Positions 62,700-64,000 of a stretch of DNA of 64,000 bases are shown one piece after another (positions within the stretch are counted from its first letter, which is position 1; every line of letters begins with the position of its first letter). The notes under the pieces are model-generated. The model did no database searches. It saw nothing but the letters and a program-made list of their open reading frames with translations, and was not told the DNA's origin. Location: NCBI GenBank assembly GCA_022605425.2, contig CM061255.1, positions 372,001-436,000 of the forward strand, read 5' to 3'. Position numbers and translations under genes: made by a program. Origin of the DNA: Hamiltosporidium tvaerminnensis FI-OER-3-3 (taxonomy: Eukaryota > Fungi > Microsporidia).

Positions 62700-63500
62700 A
62701 ACTATCGAGGAATGGCACAAAAAAAATACTTTGTTTATAAATGTTCGGAAAATAGTCATTATTAGTTTTTACTTAAAACAAAATTCCTTAAAATTTGTAT
62801 TGATGAATGCAAAACTAAATCTATGTTGATGTCTCAATTCAACGGTTAACCAACGTGTTATAAATCGAAATAAATAACTTTGAAAAAGTATCAAGGTTTA
62901 AATACCAGAGATCCCTCTTTAATTGGAATATAAAAATGTTTTCGATATCAATCGTAGAATAAAGACAGCCAACCTGACCTACTTGGCTTTACAATGCTTA
63001 CTGAAATCAAATAAGATAAAGTAAATAAGAAATAGCAAATATATTGAAAGATTATTAGACTATAACATTTTATGCTTCTGAACATCGGTAAAGATCAAAG
63101 AGATTAAAACCCGTGTGACATATTCGGAAGAAAGATAATTAAAACAAATATAGCTTAATATTTCAAAATAAAGAGTGAGGAATCGGTCAAATAAAAAAAT
63201 ATATGAGTCTTATTTAAAAGCCAATTTAGTCCCTATAATCGAACAAAGAAGACACTGATGACTCGAAAATACACAAATAATGTATTCAGAAATAGTTTTC
63301 AGTATAAATTTTATATTTGCACTTGAAGAAAAGAGAAATACAAATAGATCTGGAAAAAACTGCCTGATGATGTGGATAAAAATCTAGGAAATGCAGTATA
63401 ATGCAATAGGTAACTTTAGTGAATATGAGATATGAATTGAGACATTTTGTTAAATAAGCTAGAGTTCTTTAAAAAACAGTGGCGACAGGAATTAACTAGT
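62700..63500 (+). mobile_element. Decayed RTE-like LINE 3' portion
   Basis: Fragments FEKVSRFKY, DINRRIKTAN, LLKS and FYASE, colinear with the C-terminal half of the 32640-33941 element. Confidence 0.65.
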
Positions 63501-64000
63501 ATATTTATGGATAAAAGAACGCGTTTCAAATGCTGTAATAATATCTAAACAGTTATATAAAAAATTTTAAGAAATATATCTAAAAAGTCGATCATATTTA
63601 GCTGAGTACACAAAAAGTCGAAAATTTTGCTTTACTTAGTTACAATATCTATTTCGAAGGCGTAAATCTTTCTAAGATTTTTCTAGATATTAAGCTGCTT
63701 GTTGGCCCACATTTTTTCATACTGCAACTTAACAAAAAATTGCTTATATTGAACAGAACTACTACGAGTTTCCAAAGAGAAAATAGAGTAGAAATTCAGA
63801 ATATATAAATTCCCTTTACGTCATATTCTTTAGGAACAATTTAGCGATTTTATCAAGCATTTCAGACAGGCAATATGATTCTCTGATGTTAAAGCTGCAT
63901 ATATAGAGGTACGAATATAAATGCGCAAAATGACACAATTCTAAAGGTAATGGAAGCAAATGAAATGTTCATCACCAGATAATCTTGGCCAAAACTATTT

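Overview
AT-rich, gene-poor eukaryotic DNA from a large-genome microsporidian. Evidence: a compact rDNA unit with a ~1.3 kb SSU, a ~33 nt ITS and a fused 5.8S-LSU, intron-less genes, and CCC(C) motifs before most ATGs. Contents: one minus-strand rDNA unit (~1.3-5.25 kb) and 12 plausible protein genes (TrpRS, Pus7, CK1, a degenerate Rad51 paralogue, SDR, Sgt2-like, Sec5-like, eIF4A, Scd6/Lsm14, Gle1-like, one orphan, and a secreted Pro/Cys tandem-repeat protein). There are also several minisatellites, fossil RTE-type LINEs, a small RTE-derived element retaining an HDV-like ribozyme half, and two copies of a hAT MITE. The main unexplained structure is a ~730-nt non-coding, hairpin-rich dispersed element present 10 times (~10% of the window). 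It has no ORF, no TIRs, no tRNA head and no poly(A) tail. Six copies are flanked by different 11-14 bp target-site duplications, and one of these is 5'-truncated with its own perfect TSD. This points to a retroposing structured RNA (SINE-like) of unknown origin. All calls are by eye; no database search or folding was run.
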